64,000 bases of DNA from contig NC_068988.1 of the NCBI RefSeq assembly GCF_001194135.2, positions 72,319,073 through 72,383,072 of the forward strand, read 5' to 3'. Source of the stretch: Octopus bimaculoides. Lineage: Eukaryota. Under the pieces are notes generated by a model that worked only from the letters and a program-made list of their open reading frames with translations, had not been told where the DNA came from and did not search any database. Position 1 is the stretch's first letter, and every line of letters starts with the position of its first letter. Made by a program: the position numbers and the translations under genes. Of this stretch, positions 11,701 through 25,195 are shown in pieces.

Positions 11701-11934
11701 ACAAACAGCAGTTCATATATGAAAGTTATTATTTTTCTATTTCAGTTATTACATATTTTTCTCTTATAGAAATACACACATAGAGGAGGAGTAAATTATA
11801 TATATAATAATACTTTGAATGTGGCTCTCGAGAAACAGTAAAAGTAATTATACGATCAACAACGGGTATTACTGCTAGTATATATATATATATATATATA
11901 TATACACAAATGAGTAACAGTAGAGGTACAGATA

Positions 11935-12027
11935 TCAATCTATTACGGTCGTTTCTAACGACACCTTTGATTGATTAATGAAAACATTACACCATTGTAA
12001 AGAAACTGTTTTCGTCAGATGAATTCG
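11935..12027 (-). ncRNA. Hammerhead ribozyme motif (same family as 8071, 30855, 33472)
   Basis: Minus strand: GAATTCAT-CTGACGA-AAACAGTTTCTTT...AAAGGTGTCGTTA-GAAA-C-GACC-G-TA-ATAG. Confidence 0.65.
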
Positions 12028-13275
12028 TGAACTTCAAAATAAAGGACATTCAAAATGAGTTAACATAGTTTAAAATCCACGGAGCAAAAACATTTATAGA
12101 GATTGTGCTTCTATTTCAGTGGGAAGCGATGAAATCGGGGAGTTAAGGGCAAACAGTGAATATGCTCCAAGATATGCATGCTGAAAACTTAATGAAAATA
12201 AAGGCAGGATAGAAGGCCTTTAACTCAATAAAGGATGTTCTCCAAACAAAGCTAAACAATACGTGTCAGACTCTTCCATTGTACCATCCCGTTCTTTATT
12301 TTTTTACTTGTTTCAGTCATATTGACTGCAGCCATACTGGGGCACCGCGTTATATATNNNNNNNNNNNNNNNNNNNNNNNNNNNNNNNNNNNNNNNNNNN
12401 NNNNNNNNNNNNNNNNNNNNNNNNNNNNNNNNNNNNNNNNNNNNNNNNNNNNNNNNNNNNNNNNNNNNNNNNNNNNNNNNNNNNNNNNNNNTGTGTATAA
12501 GTATGTGTAGGAGTGTGTGTGTGTGTGTATAAGTATGTGTAGGAGTGTGTGTGTCTGTGTGTGTGTATGTGTGTGTGCGTGCGTGCGTGCGTGCGTATGT
12601 ATGTATAAATCGAAACTGTATTAGATAATTAAACCAGTGACAGTTCAGAGCATTTAAAGGGTGCATCATTTAATAATTTACAAATCTGCCATTCCTTGTA
12701 TATTATGAAATATAACAAAAACAATTAGGTGTGTTAAGGTTAAGTCTGTTCTATATTTTTTTGAAGTGGCAGATCTTTCTCAGAGGAAATAACAAAATAT
12801 ATATTCACAAGATTTGTTTTTCTTTAAGTAGTGAATAAATATAAATAAAATGTCTTTAGTTGATATATTTTGATATAAGTAGCACTACAAAGCCGGATTT
12901 GTTTAGACAACATCTAAACATTTTGAGAGCACACGTTTTGTAGTAGGTAACAAGTGGTTTATACTTAGCACTAATCGTACATGAAAACATAGACCATATT
13001 TCTATATTTCAAGTAGTCAGTGGCAAAATAGAATACTACCAAGCTGATCTCAGGTTCGATACATGATTGTAGCTGCTTCTTTTCTTTAACTCATTAAATC
13101 ACATGGCATATAATAAAAATAAAGTATCATTTGTCAGACCCTACCACACACACAGTCAACAAATAATAGTACATATTAAAAGGTTATCCCTATTTGTCTT
13201 CCAGTAAAGGCTATATTATATGCCCGAAATGAGTGTATTGATTAGATTATCAGTAAAAAATATACATTTTATTGG

Positions 13276-13306
<31 letters not shown>

Positions 13307-13404
13307 GGTAAAGTAAATGTTAGAGGTAATATTTTATAAAAGTAAGCACCTGTGTATGCCAGATCATGGCCGGGGTGAAAGAATAAATTGGAAACGTAAA
13401 AATA

Positions 13405-13860
13405 AAAAACAAAACACAAAGAATTCTGCGGTACACGTGTTTCAAGCTTTATAGTTGTTGCATCATTATTGATATATAATTGATAGTATAAAGCCGCAAA
13501 TATATTCTTTCCCAAGAATTATATCACAAAGAAGAAATTAACAGAGGGAGAAACATGAGAGATAAAAGGTGAGAATCCACTTGGTATTGTCCATTGTAAT
13601 ATACCTCGTAGTATCTTGAATTTGATATATTTACATAAAAGCTCATCGGTACTCCGAAATCTGTCCATATTGTGCCACAATTCAGTGTAGAGTGAATGCT
13701 AAAAAAAATGTTTCTCCCTCTTTTAATTTCTTCTTTGTGATATAATTCTTGGGAAAGAATACATTTGCGGCTTTATACTATCAATTATATACCAATAATG
13801 ATGCAACAGCTATAAAGCTTGAAACACGTGTACCGCAGAATCCTTTGTGTTTTGTTTTTA
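13405..13860. repeat. Inverted repeat, ~150-bp arms with ~150-bp spacer
   Basis: 13405-13556 is the reverse complement of 13708-13860 with only a handful of mismatches. The right arm runs into a gap. Confidence 0.9.
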
Positions 13861-14509
13861 CTNNNNNNNNNNNNNNNNNNNNNNNNNNNNNNNNNNNNNN
13901 NNNNNNNNNNNNNNNNNNNNNNNNNNNNNNNNNNNNNNNNNNNNNNNNNNNNNNNNNNNNNNNNNNNNNNNNNNNNNNNNNNNNNNNNNNNNNNNNNNNN
14001 NNNNNNNNNNNNNNNNNNNNNNNNNNNNNNNNNNNNNNNNNNNNNNNNNNNNNNNNNNNNNNNNNNNNNNNNNNNNNNNNNNNNNNNNNNNNNNNNNNNN
14101 NNNNNNNNNNNNNNNNNNNNNNNNNNNNNNNNNNNNNNNNNNNNNNNNNNNNNNNNNNNNNNNNNNNNNNNNNNNNNNNNNNNNNNNNNNNNNNNNNNNN
14201 NNNNNNNNNNNNNNNNNNNNNNNNNNNNNNNNNNNNNNNNNNNNNNNNNNNNNNNNNNNNNNNNNNNNNNNNNNNNNNNNNNNNNNNNNNNNNNNNNNNN
14301 NNNNNNNNNNNNNNNNNNNNNNNNNNNNNNNNNNNNNNNNNNNNNNNNNNNNNNNNNNNNNNNNNNNNNNNNTATATATATAGAAATGTACGTATATATA
14401 AATATATATATGTTTTATATAAGCTTTAAGCTTATGTAAAAATACCATTTTTATTATTTACAGGATTGTAAAAATGGCGCCGTATAAAAAAATTATTCAC
14501 ACCGAAAAC

Positions 14510-14542
<33 letters not shown>

Positions 14543-14700
14543 TACATAGAAACATACATATATACATGTATGTATGTACGTACGTACGTACGTATGTATG
14601 TATGTATGTATGCATGCATGCATGCATGTATGCATGCATGCATGCGTGCATGTATGTATGTATGTATGTATGTTTGTATGTATGTATCTATCTCTCTATC
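14510..14700. repeat. Compound microsatellite (AT/AC/ATGT/ATGC)
   Basis: Direct inspection. Confidence 0.95.
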
Positions 14701-15291
14701 TTGCTAAAACTCACAGAAACGCAAGAGAGATATATGGATTTTTAGAGTTTTACCTCCCCACTACTTCAATTATATCAGTTTTAACCCCATTCCAAATCAT
14801 GTGTTCGATTTATTGATGAGATTGGTTTAAATGCAAGGACTTTTACTATATAAACTATACCCTTCTTATAATGCTCATATTAACTGACACAAGAAACTCA
14901 TAGATTTGTATGCCATATGCACTGAGCCACAAAACAATAACACACAATAACAATATTCAACAAGCAAACAAGCGACACTGACCGCAAATAACGACACTAA
15001 CTCTTGGCGGATGGATTTCGAATGCTAGGAACGCGGTTCAAATTCATTTATGTACCCATAACATCCACGAGATTCACATGCATTTCGGCTTTCATGACAA
15101 TTGTTTGCGACTGCCACTCACGACATTTAACTCAGCTGCGTTTTGGCGTCTCGTTTCAGGTAAAGTTGAAAAGTTACCTGCAATTTGGGTCTCATGTCTT
15201 GGAATATTTACACTTACATCCTTGAAATAAATTTTCAGAATTTACCATATAAAACTGATATTTGAAATCGCGTTTCTTTTTGCCGCTCAGT

Positions 15292-15391
<100 letters not shown>

Positions 15392-17086
15392 AAAGATAAT
15401 GAAAGTTCAATAAAAATATTTCCAAAACCTTTTTCAGATATCATCTGTTAATTATGAACATTAGGACTATTATGTAATTCTCAGAGCTCCCACCAGCTAG
15501 ATGTTTCATCGGTTCAGCATAAAAGGAAGGCTAGCCAGTGCCGGAAAATCTTGGAAAACCTTGGTAATTATTTAACCAGGCATTTTTCTGCTCCACCTTC
15601 TAGATCTATGGAGACGCATGAGGGAACAACGTGTCTTCAATTTAAACCGCTACCTAGTTGTATAAGAACTGGATCCGAATAGGTGTTTTACCCGAACTTC
15701 ACTTTCGGATCTATGAGTGACTCCATATCTGTGGTTGTCGTTTTCCGACTCCACCTGTTGTCATGGCACCTCAGAGTCAGTTGGTTCAGTTGGCATGCCG
15801 GCCTTAATGATATAGTCAAATATGATACGAACGCAGCTGATCTTCCATTGTAATTGGAATTCGCGGGATTAAACTGCGTTGACGTCAAAAACAACGGTAA
15901 GCATTACAATCGTTTCGAAGTAGAAAGTCCCTCATCTGAGATGCACCTTGAAGCGATACTTTTTTCAGTGGCAACCTGGTGGATAATACATGCTGCTTTT
16001 TTAGTAGGCTTCTTTCTTAAATGATGGCAGTAGAAATGTTCTGTGTACTCGTCCTCTAAACAAATTCCTACTGAGCTTGATTGCGAAACAAATGGCCACC
16101 CACATGAAGCCGCTAGGCAAATGGCCTTTTCCATGCATCTCCCTCACAACGTTTTGGTGTAATCAATTCGTTATTTTGCCTGCGGAACTTGAAGAATCTG
16201 CGTCACTCACTTCAACACATTTCTCAATAAACAATTAATAAAAGTGAGTAGCAGCTCTGTTCAGTGTGAGTCATGAGGGTTGTTGCTATTATAGGAGTGT
16301 GTTTTGTATTTTATTAGGTGTTGATCGTGTTAAGTGTGTGTTTTGTGAGTTATGTCATTTCATTGGCTGGTGATCGTGTAGGGTTTGTGCTGTGTGCAGA
16401 AGGTTAATACTGTCCGTTGTATTACTGAATTTAAAGTGTCTTGTGTATCATGAAGTCTGTATCTAGTAGAGTTATATTTTTATTAAGTGTAACGTGTGAG
16501 AAATGCTATTCATTGTTTTCTTACAAACGTGTTTTGTTTTATCTTAACTAGTGATCCAATTATTATTACCATTGTTTTATTTTCATGCACAACAACTTGC
16601 TTATTTCGATTTAAAGATTATAAGGCACTATCCTTTTAACCACTTATTAAATATGACTTGACGTCGTAGTTATTTGAATATAATACAATATTCTAATTAT
16701 ATACACTGAACCCGGAATCTGATTATCGTTATAAAAGGGTTTTAATGCCAGGCTATGTAGGTCATTGCATTTTACATGTTACACAATGGAAATATTTAAT
16801 TATAGTCCATCAGATGTAATTCAATCAGAACAAAATTCAGGCAAAATTCAAGTTACTTAAGTGGCACTTATGTACACGAGCCTATATTAACAAGAAAAGA
16901 TAAATAAAAAAAACAAAACTATTGCAACAATGCTGAAACTATTTACATATAATTATAGATTTATTCCCTGCAAGATGTAGCATCACTAAGTTTTTTTGTT
17001 GCACGCTAAAACTTGCATATTCTGAAATTTCAAAAGTTCCCAATAAAAGATACTTAAGGAAGAGTTGAAAAATATGTCATGAACGA

Positions 17087-17300
17087 CAGTCCATCGCAGC
17101 ATTGCTCAAGAAACAGGAAGAAAGAGTGAGAGAAAGTTGGGGCGAAAGAGTACAGCAGGGTTCGCCACCACCCCCTGCCGGAGCTTCGTGGAGCTTTAGG
17201 TGTTTTTGCTCAATAAACACACACAACGCCTGGTCTGGGAATCGGAACCGCGATCCTTCGACTGCGCGTCCGCTGCTCTAACCACTGGGCCATTGCGCCT
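17087..17300 (-). mobile_element. tRNA-derived SINE, type C (5' part)
   Basis: Minus strand: AGGCGCAATGGCCCAGTGGTTAGAGCAGCGG...GGTTCCGATTCCCAGACC (A/B boxes), then GTTTATTGAGCAAAAACACCTAAAGCTCCACG. Confidence 0.88.
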
Positions 17301-17855
17301 ACACAGAAATAGTGGTAGCTATGACAATNNNNNNNNNNNNNNNNNNNNNNNNNNNNNNNNNNNNNNNNNNNNNNNNNNNNNNNNNNNNNNNNNNNNNNNN
17401 NNNNNNNNNNNNNNNNNNNNNNNNNNNNNNNNNNNNNNNNNNNNNNNNNNNNNNNNNNNNNNNNNNNNNNNNNNNNNNNNNNNNNNNNNNNNNNNNNNNN
17501 NNNNNNNNNNNNNNNNNNNNNNNNNNNNNNNNNNNNNNNNNNNNNNNNNNNNNNNNNNNNNNNNNNNNNNNNNNNNNNNNNNNNNNNNNNNNNNNNNNNN
17601 NNNNNNNNNNNNNNNNNNNNNNNNNNNNNNNNNNNNNNNNNNNNNNNNNNNNNNNNNNNNNNNNNNNNNNNNNNNNNNNNNNNNNNNNNNNNNNNNNNNN
17701 NNNNNNNNNNNNNNNNNNNNNNNNNNNNNNNNNNNNNNNNNNNNNNNNNNNNNNNNNNNNNNNNNNNNNNNNNNNNNNNNNNNNNNNNNNNNNNNNNNNN
17801 NNNNNNNNNNNNNNNNNNNNNNNNNNNNNNNNNNNNNNNNNNNNNNNNNNNNNNA

Positions 17856-18070
17856 CAGTCCATCGCAGCATTGCTCAAGAAACAGGAAGAAAGAGTGAGA
17901 GAAAGTTGGGGCGAAAGAGTACAGCAGGGTTCGCCACCACCCCCTGCCGGAGCTTCGTGGAGCTTTAGGTGTTTTTGCTCAATAAACACACACAACGCCT
18001 GGTCTGGGAATCGAAACCGCGATCCTTCGACTGCGCGTCCGCTGCTCTAACCACTGGGCCATTGCGCCTA
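17856..18070 (-). mobile_element. Type-C SINE (duplicate of 17087 copy across a gap)
   Basis: Same sequence and same flank as 17085-17328; I see one mismatch. Confidence 0.85.
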
Positions 18071-18999
18071 CACAGAAATAGTGGTAGCTATGACAATAAC
18101 AGCAGTAGAAACAGTATGATTGTTGTAGAGTTTGTTTACCTCCCAACCTTAGGCGTTGTTTCATTTAACCTGGACTGTTTTGGACTCATCTCTTCCGACT
18201 TCTGCCAACCATGTCGATCATAGTTAGCCACAAGTATTCCAACATTCTTGGTGATACAGTTAAACAAGTGTCCACACCGGCCTATCAAGCATTACTTCAG
18301 TGAACCAACTGGAACACAGGGCACTCATACTTGCCACTCAAGCACCTCATTCTCACACCTTGTGAAAAAGCAAATACATCATTTAATATATCCAATAACA
18401 TGGACAGACTTATAAACTTTAAAACACCCAATAACGTTTGATCTATCTCCTTTCTTCGACTTCAGTACGAAAGCAGCCAGCAGAGATCTGATTGTGTACC
18501 TCGAGTCAGTGCCAAAATTGGATGCATAGTACGTAATGAAATCACTTATATGCAAGACCGGTTCAGTAATACTAGAAACCGAATCACCCAATCCACGCAT
18601 TTCCTCAGAATACTTGGAATCAACTCGTGCCCAGCTTCCTACATCAACCAGTTTCAGAGCTCTAAACCAACGTAGAAAAAAAAAATGAAACAACAAATTC
18701 ACCAACAACTGCTTTTTAAAGACACCACATGCCAATGCTGTTATACAAAGGGAAGCATTCGATCGTTCATCGGAAATGCCCATCTGCTAAATAGGCCCAC
18801 AACTACAGGTATCCATGTTCACTGACCAACTGGTCCATCCGAAACACGAACAAGTACATATTCACCTTACAGTATGACAAATGCAGTGAGTACAACTTCG
18901 GCAGCACGGTCAGTTTAAAGTGCATTTTAAAACAAGCACGTCACCCTTCCTGAAACACATATTAAAATGTGGGAAGACCTAAAATAGTTATATTCTTTC

Positions 19000-19400
19000 C
19001 TATTCTAACCAAGGAGCGGAACGTAGACAAGTTGTAGATCAAAGGTGTCATTGTGGTTTTTAGATTTAAACATTGATAGGGGGATTCTTTTTCTTACAAG
19101 TTGCATGAAAAATCCGGGTTGAACCGTGTTTTCACTTAACTCACAATATTTATATGTCATACCCAACGGAATATTTGGTATGCTGAGTGCATTTTTGAGG
19201 TCTTTAGGTACATTACGTCATTCATATTGTTGATATTCAAAATTAGATTTGCTATATTCGCTCACAGTCTTACTAACTGAGTAGATTTTGCCTTAATGGT
19301 TAGGTTTAATAAGGACGATGCATGTCCATTGCTCTTATTATTTATCGGTAAAACAATATTCACTAACAAATAGATCGAATATATTTTGGTAATTATATTA
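19000..19400 (-). mobile_element. Decayed PLE RT N-terminal fragment
   Basis: Minus frames IVLIKPNH.GKIYSV (cf. IVIKPADKG) and PGF...CKKKNPPI (cf. P.FY.LPKIHK.NPP.RPI), with frameshifts. Confidence 0.4.
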
Positions 19401-20456
19401 TTTTATTGGGATTATCCTCCTTGTGTGTTGTTTTCAGGCCACTCCCTTGAACGGATTTTTATTTAGACTACACTTTTTTGCATTATGAGTGACACTTCTC
19501 TATATGTCCTTAGTAACCAGAAGGTTCCTTTGAGGTGTTTTCCCTCAGCTATATTGTTGATAATCATAATCAGCGCCACTTCATTACCTTTATTTCTGCA
19601 TATTCGGATCCCGCTTAAATCTCATCAACAAGACCTTAGCCTGCCCGTTGTTTTCCTCAGTTGACTGTAAAGACCAGAACAACGACTTTATTCTTTAAAA
19701 AAATACCCAAACCCCAAATTGTTGCCTTTACTGCAGTTATTTGTCTTGTTTGTTGTTTTTAGATTTTTAACACTTCTAGATTCCTATACGATATATGTGA
19801 GGTGCAATCGTTGTACGCATATTTACTGTGCAGGACGCTTTGTAAAGTACATCCCTTGAGCCATATTGTTGTTAGCTGTCGGTAACTGTCAAAAGGCGGA
19901 ATGTAAACAGGTGAAATAGAGAGGATTACACTACTTTCCAGGACAGCATGCTGCAATTTTTTCACTTTGTCAGCATACAACATTTTAGTCTCCTTAATTC
20001 TTTTTTTATACAATCCGCTACTTTTCTAGTTTATTAAAAATTCAAATACGATATTTTGGCTAATCAGAAAAGAATATAAAGAAATTAAATGAAATTTCTG
20101 TAGCCATATTCTAAAATACTTCCATTCATATTTTTGTGTGAAATCCCAATCTTCGAAAAACAAACAACAAGGCTATTCTATTTACCATGGAATTAAAATA
20201 GTTGAAGCAGTAATTCACTATCGTAGTTGAGAAAAGTATTCCTAAATTGAAAAGAGCTAGTAACAAAATATCATGGATATTTACTTCCCATTAAAATATA
20301 TTGAATTATTGATCCTCTGTTGATGAGTATATAATACATTAGCTGTTACAACACTACCATTTACATTACATGCGAATAAATTGTTTGCGCAATCATAAAT
20401 ATTTTAGAATATTTTATCTAGAAATAAAGTCTAAAATTTTAACATAGTTCAGAATG

Positions 20457-20680
20457 AAGGCGGCTAGCTGGCAGAATCGTTAGTACGCCGGACAAAATGC
20501 TTAGCGGCATTTCACCCATCTCTACATACTGAGTTCAAATTCCGCCGAGGTCGACTTTGTCTTTCATCTTTATCAGGATCGATCAAATATGTACCAGTTG
20601 AGCAGTGGGGTCAATTTAATCGACTTGGTCTTTCCCGTAAAACTGCTGGCCTTTTGCCAAAGTTTGAAACCAATATAGTT
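20457..20680 (+). mobile_element. Type-A SINE (Deu/Nin-like)
   Basis: GGCGGCTAGCTGGCAGAATCGTTAG...GTCGACTTTGTCTTTCATC...GTACCAG. Confidence 0.88.
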
Positions 20681-22599
20681 TAGAATTGATATTAAAAATA
20701 AAATATTTTCATAATTGCAATATATTATCAGTTCATTTTCATATGTTATAGATTTATTAAATCTAGGGTCCAGGCACTGCCGCTAGCACTCTTTTATTGT
20801 TTCAGCTAAGCATGAAATATATATTAATGTAATAAACTCAAATTCGCAACAAACTAGCATGGTAAAATAACAAAATCAAAAGTATAATCCGTAATATTTG
20901 GCACTTGATATTTGTAGCGCCCATCATTTACGATAATTTATTTACTCATAAATGAATTTTATTATTATAACTAATTATTGATAGGGAACATAACTGAATA
21001 TGTATAACACTTATCGGAAATTTTATTACCCCATCTTAACTAAACAAACAAATTGAGACTACGTAGGGACGGTCAGTTCTTTATTTCTGGTTGATTTAAC
21101 AAATCTAATCCCACTAAACAGGGAGAGCATAAACTCGGAAAGAACTAGTCTACATAATCGAATATTTAAATCGAATTATTAAAGTTAATTCCCTCTCCTA
21201 GGGAGATGTGTCAACAAAAGAGGGTTCTCCCACTCTCAGTGTGCCAACTGCATGCTTGGACACCAACCCAGGTATTTCCACGTCCCAATGCATACATACA
21301 TGCATGCATACATACATACATACATACATACATACATACATACACATGGACATATGTTGTTGGATGGTGGTTGACTGCCCATGAGCTCTTCCACCCTCTG
21401 ACAAGTCATATTTTTCGTCCTGCAGGGTGTCCAACAATCACCCTCCTCACCATGTGGTTGCCAGTTTAGTTGCCGACGACCCGACCATGCAACAAGCTGT
21501 ACTGGGTTACATGTTACCAGTAGTGCCCAAGATCCTCCTGACATAAATTAGCTAGCATGTATATGTATGTAAATAATTGAACGCAGAAGAGAACATATAC
21601 ACATATATACGTACATTATATATGCATGCATGTATACATACATACATACATGTACATACTAGTTAAGCAGTGCGCATTTAGACTTGAATGTGTTTGTTTA
21701 TATACATCATTTGTGTGTGTATGTGTGTGCGTGTGTGAGTATGTGTGTGAGTGCATGAGTGTGTAAGTTCATCCTTTCTTTTCTCTCTCTCTTATTCTTT
21801 CGCACGCAGACAAGCATATATGCACAGAAACAGTCGACTGGCTGTCTGTATATATAATTAATCTTATTGCCAGACGCTAACTAAGTAAAAGACTGAAATA
21901 ATATTATAAATTATAAACATTTCTTTCACCTCTAAATGCTCCTATAACATCTGCTACCTATAAATACCTTGGTTTTCTTCAGCTATATACTCACATATTG
22001 AGAATAACCCTAACCCTAACATCACATAGCTAGACATAGAAAGCAGATGATTTTCAATTAATATACCAACTAAATAACATGTCTCTTCAGAACTGAAAAC
22101 CTCGTAGATAATGGTAACTGAAAGAATGGATCGGTCCCTCAACTCTCAATTGATATTTAAAACGTCTGATTTACAACACTGAATATTATGCAGAGTTGTG
22201 GCATGTTTTGTAGAAAATTGATTTGTAACTTTATCGTTATGTTCGAATCTATAATAATGAACAATTGCACGTCCTGTACCACAGCTACATTTTCGAAAAA
22301 GCTACATCTTTAATGTTTATCGCATTTAAATAGTCAAGCTAAGCATGTTAATTCATTTGCATACACAGGAGTTCCCTTGGGTTAATTTCGGTTTGTTAAA
22401 ACATTAAACAATAAGTAAGTAAATAACCTAACAGAAACTTCGGATAGTATGTTAGTCTCTTCTAGATAAACGATTCCGATGGGCGAAAATCTATTATTGC
22501 AAACCAACGATGCATTTGTAAACTTTGCTGCTATTTACAGCACTGAACAACAAAATTCTATTACACAAATTTGCAACGATTTGGACTGGGCTGTTTAGT

Positions 22600-22760
22600 A
22601 GTCCTTTTGATAATCACATGAACTTGCAATTTACTCTTCCAGATATTCTAGCGATTTTAAGTGCCTATCTTTAATACTTTGTCTCTCCTGTGTATCACAT
22701 GTGATACACTGAACATATTTCCCTGACATCCATGCATCCTTTATCGTATAAATTCCCAAT
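22600..22760 (-). mobile_element. Decayed PLE GIY-YIG fragment
   Basis: Minus frame SVYHM*YTGETK resembles VY.I.C..C..YTGET. Confidence 0.35.
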
Positions 22761-23589
22761 TGTTTTTCAACCAGCAGTGTAACTTGGGACTCAAGAAAGG
22801 AGAACTTTATTTTACTCAGAACATATAAAACAAGTGTTATCTAAAAGTCTGTAAACAAGTTTGGGCGTTTAGAACAAGTATATTTTATCTTTAAAGTAGG
22901 AACACAGCGGTTTCTACTTTAAAAGAAATAAACGTTTCTTTAAATTGAGTTGTTAAGTCCCAACTTAGAGAAAAACTTATAATATTCTTGTTTATCCCCA
23001 GGTCTGGCAAGTAATAGAGCAAACCAATAAAAATGTTTTGTCTTTCCTGAGGATATACAGTATAAAGGACTACATTATACAATGCGCTCTTTTCTGTATA
23101 AAACAACTGCAATGTGAAAGAGTTTTAGCAGCTATTTTAGCGGGTTAAGCCACTGCTAGACGTTTCCTTGCTGGGTATTTATCTAGGTATGCAGAAATTT
23201 TATCAATAATTCTGTTTAATTTAGTTTTCCGTTCAATTTACATTATAAAACCGATATTCTACCGATTAAATTAGATGCATATATTGATAGCTGAAATGAA
23301 ATTCTTTAGGTTCTGACTCAGGCACAAGGTCAATTTAGATCGTAAACATTGATAAAATGAACGTACGTACACGTGTTTGAACAACTCACCATATATTTGT
23401 TTACCATTGTAAATATTGATAGTTATTTGGCGTATTTGCATTTTAAAAATAATTAATTTAGAAATTAATTAGAATACTATTTATTTTTACAAAATCCATT
23501 ATTTGTTTTATATATCCGTCGCAAATGTATTTGGATGGTGTTTTCTTTAATACATTCCGGATTGTTTAAGAATAAATACGATAATAATA

Positions 23590-24050
23590 TGATAATTAAA
23601 ATCCATCCCTATATCGCATTCGGAGAAACCGCATGGCCTATACTGACCATAACAGTAGTCTGCCCATTTTCCTCGTCGGTGAAGCTAACAAAACCTAACA
23701 ACCAAGAATATCATAGTTCTTTCACAGATCTTGTGCTCCTTGGTAGATACATCGATGTTTGTATGTGATAGCACAAAGGACCTCCTCAACATGATCCACG
23801 AATGCAACCACACATTTGATCTCAATTATTTCATCATAGAGATCATGGATGTAGTATCATTGTATCCATCAATTGATATAGATTTTACTGTCGAGAAAAT
23901 TGTGGAGAGTGATATGATATTCAACAATGTCGATGTTGATAAACTGGATATCTTTCTATCCCTCACTCGCATCAAGTTTTCTGAACATAACTTAGCAGAT
24001 GCTTGTCACCCTCGAACCAAACTAGGTAGACGTCTACAATTATTTTGATT
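23590..24050 (+). mobile_element. PLE reverse transcriptase fragment
   Basis: FVCDSTKDLL...IMDVVSLYPSIDID contains the PLE RT DVxSLYPSI motif, preceded by a KIHP...WPI-like segment. Confidence 0.8.
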
Positions 24051-24116
24051 ATCAGAAGCGATCTTAAAGAGATTGTGTGAATGGAGTATGCTGTCTATAC
24101 TGCACCAAATAGGTAT

Positions 24117-24340
24117 AGATATTGATTTCCAATTTTGGAACAAGGCCAGCCATTTCGGGGCAATAAAGAAGTTGATTACATCCACCGCAGTATTAAACTG
24201 GTTGTTATTTTATCGAACCCCTAAAGGATGAAAGGCTAAGTCGACCTCGGGAGAAATTGAACTCAGAACGTAAAGTTGGATGAAATGCCTTTAAGCATTT
24301 CGTCCGGCGTGCCAACGATTCTGTCAATTCGGCGTCTTAC
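24117..24340 (-). mobile_element. Type-A SINE (Deu/Nin-like)
   Basis: AAAGGATGAAAGGCTAAGTCGACCTCGG...GAACTCAGAACGTA, reverse complement of type A. Confidence 0.85.
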
Positions 24341-24459
24341 TGGGAGTTATAGATTTTACCAAGATAAAAACGTGGCACTATAACAAGTGTGATAGTGTTT
24401 ATTGTAGATGCAACAATGAATATTAATCTAGCTAAAAAATTAGGCAAAGCCTCTAAACT

Positions 24460-24965
24460 ACTTATCAGGTGAGTCCGTCTTGAAGATCGCACCCCTCACC
24501 TTCGTTTGGCCGTGAAGGAAAGGCAGTTTTCCTCTGTCTGGTGGTTGTGGCGAAGGGGGTAGTGTGGTGGACGGGACTGAAAGGACTGAAGACAGATACT
24601 TTCCTCTCCGGCCAAGTCATCATCAATTTTTTTCAAGTTTCACTTGAAAAGGGAAATGAGGGTAGAGAGGGAAGTATTGCCCCCTAGCATTTTTGTTGAA
24701 AGGTAGGTGAATGTGGCGAAGATGGCGAGTGTGAATGGGCCTACTCTAAACATTCGCTTGTTCAGCGAGGAGTTTCGAAGGAGAGGCATCTGTTGAGGCG
24801 CACCTGACGGTCGGGGTAACCAGGATGTGTGGGGTTCCTCGGTTGCACCTGGGATGAATTCCCATTTTTGAAGATTTTATTGTTTAATTTTATTGTCAAT
24901 TATTTTTACTACATGACTTTGTACTAAATCTCACTTGTCCTTTGTGTTGTAGTGTGTTTTGTGTT
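24460..24965 (+). mobile_element. Tx1-like LINE ORF2 C-terminus and 3' UTR (5'-truncated)
   Basis: VVAKGVVWWTGLKGL...FHLKR.MRVEREVLPPSIFVER*VNVAKMASVNG resembles the Tx1-type C-terminal ER..L...F..RW motif, followed by a T-rich UTR. Confidence 0.7.
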
Positions 24966-25000
24966 AGGCACTTATGGCCAGTAAAGAAAACATTATTATA

Positions 25001-25195
25001 ATTACCTCCGCCTTAGCGAAGGCGGAGGTATTGTTTTCAGCCGTGTTTGTTTGTTTGTTTGTCCGTGGATAAGTTATCTCAAGAACCGCTGGATGTATTC
25101 GGATGAAACTTTCAGGGATGTTTGGCCTTCTGACTGGCACGAGCGGATTAAATTTTGGGATGTATCTGGTACCGGACAAGGATTCTGGATTATTT
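25001..25195 (+). mobile_element. Helentron/DINE-1-like non-autonomous element (5' part)
   Basis: Palindromic TACCTCCGCC-TTAGCGAA-GGCGGAGGTA start, (GTTT)n microsatellite, GGATGAAACTTTCAGG core; architecture as in HINE/DINE-1 elements. Confidence 0.65.

Noticed and set aside
15165-15230. Exon-like KVEKLPAIWVSCLGIFTLTSLK after an AG
   Set aside because: Stops after 22 codons with no donor and no connection to other exons.
17210-17300. tRNA-like sequences at SINE heads as real tRNA genes
   Set aside because: Each is followed by SINE body sequence and lacks a complete cloverleaf; no bona fide tRNA, rRNA or CRISPR array was found in the window.
17085-18098. Direct repeat of ~244 bp on both sides of the 17329-17855 gap
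   Set aside because: Near-identical SINE plus flank at both contig ends (one mismatch seen); most likely an unmerged overlap or two haplotypes rather than a real duplication.
22006-22020. TAACCCTAACCCTAAC, telomere-like
   Set aside because: Only 2.5 units; expected by chance.
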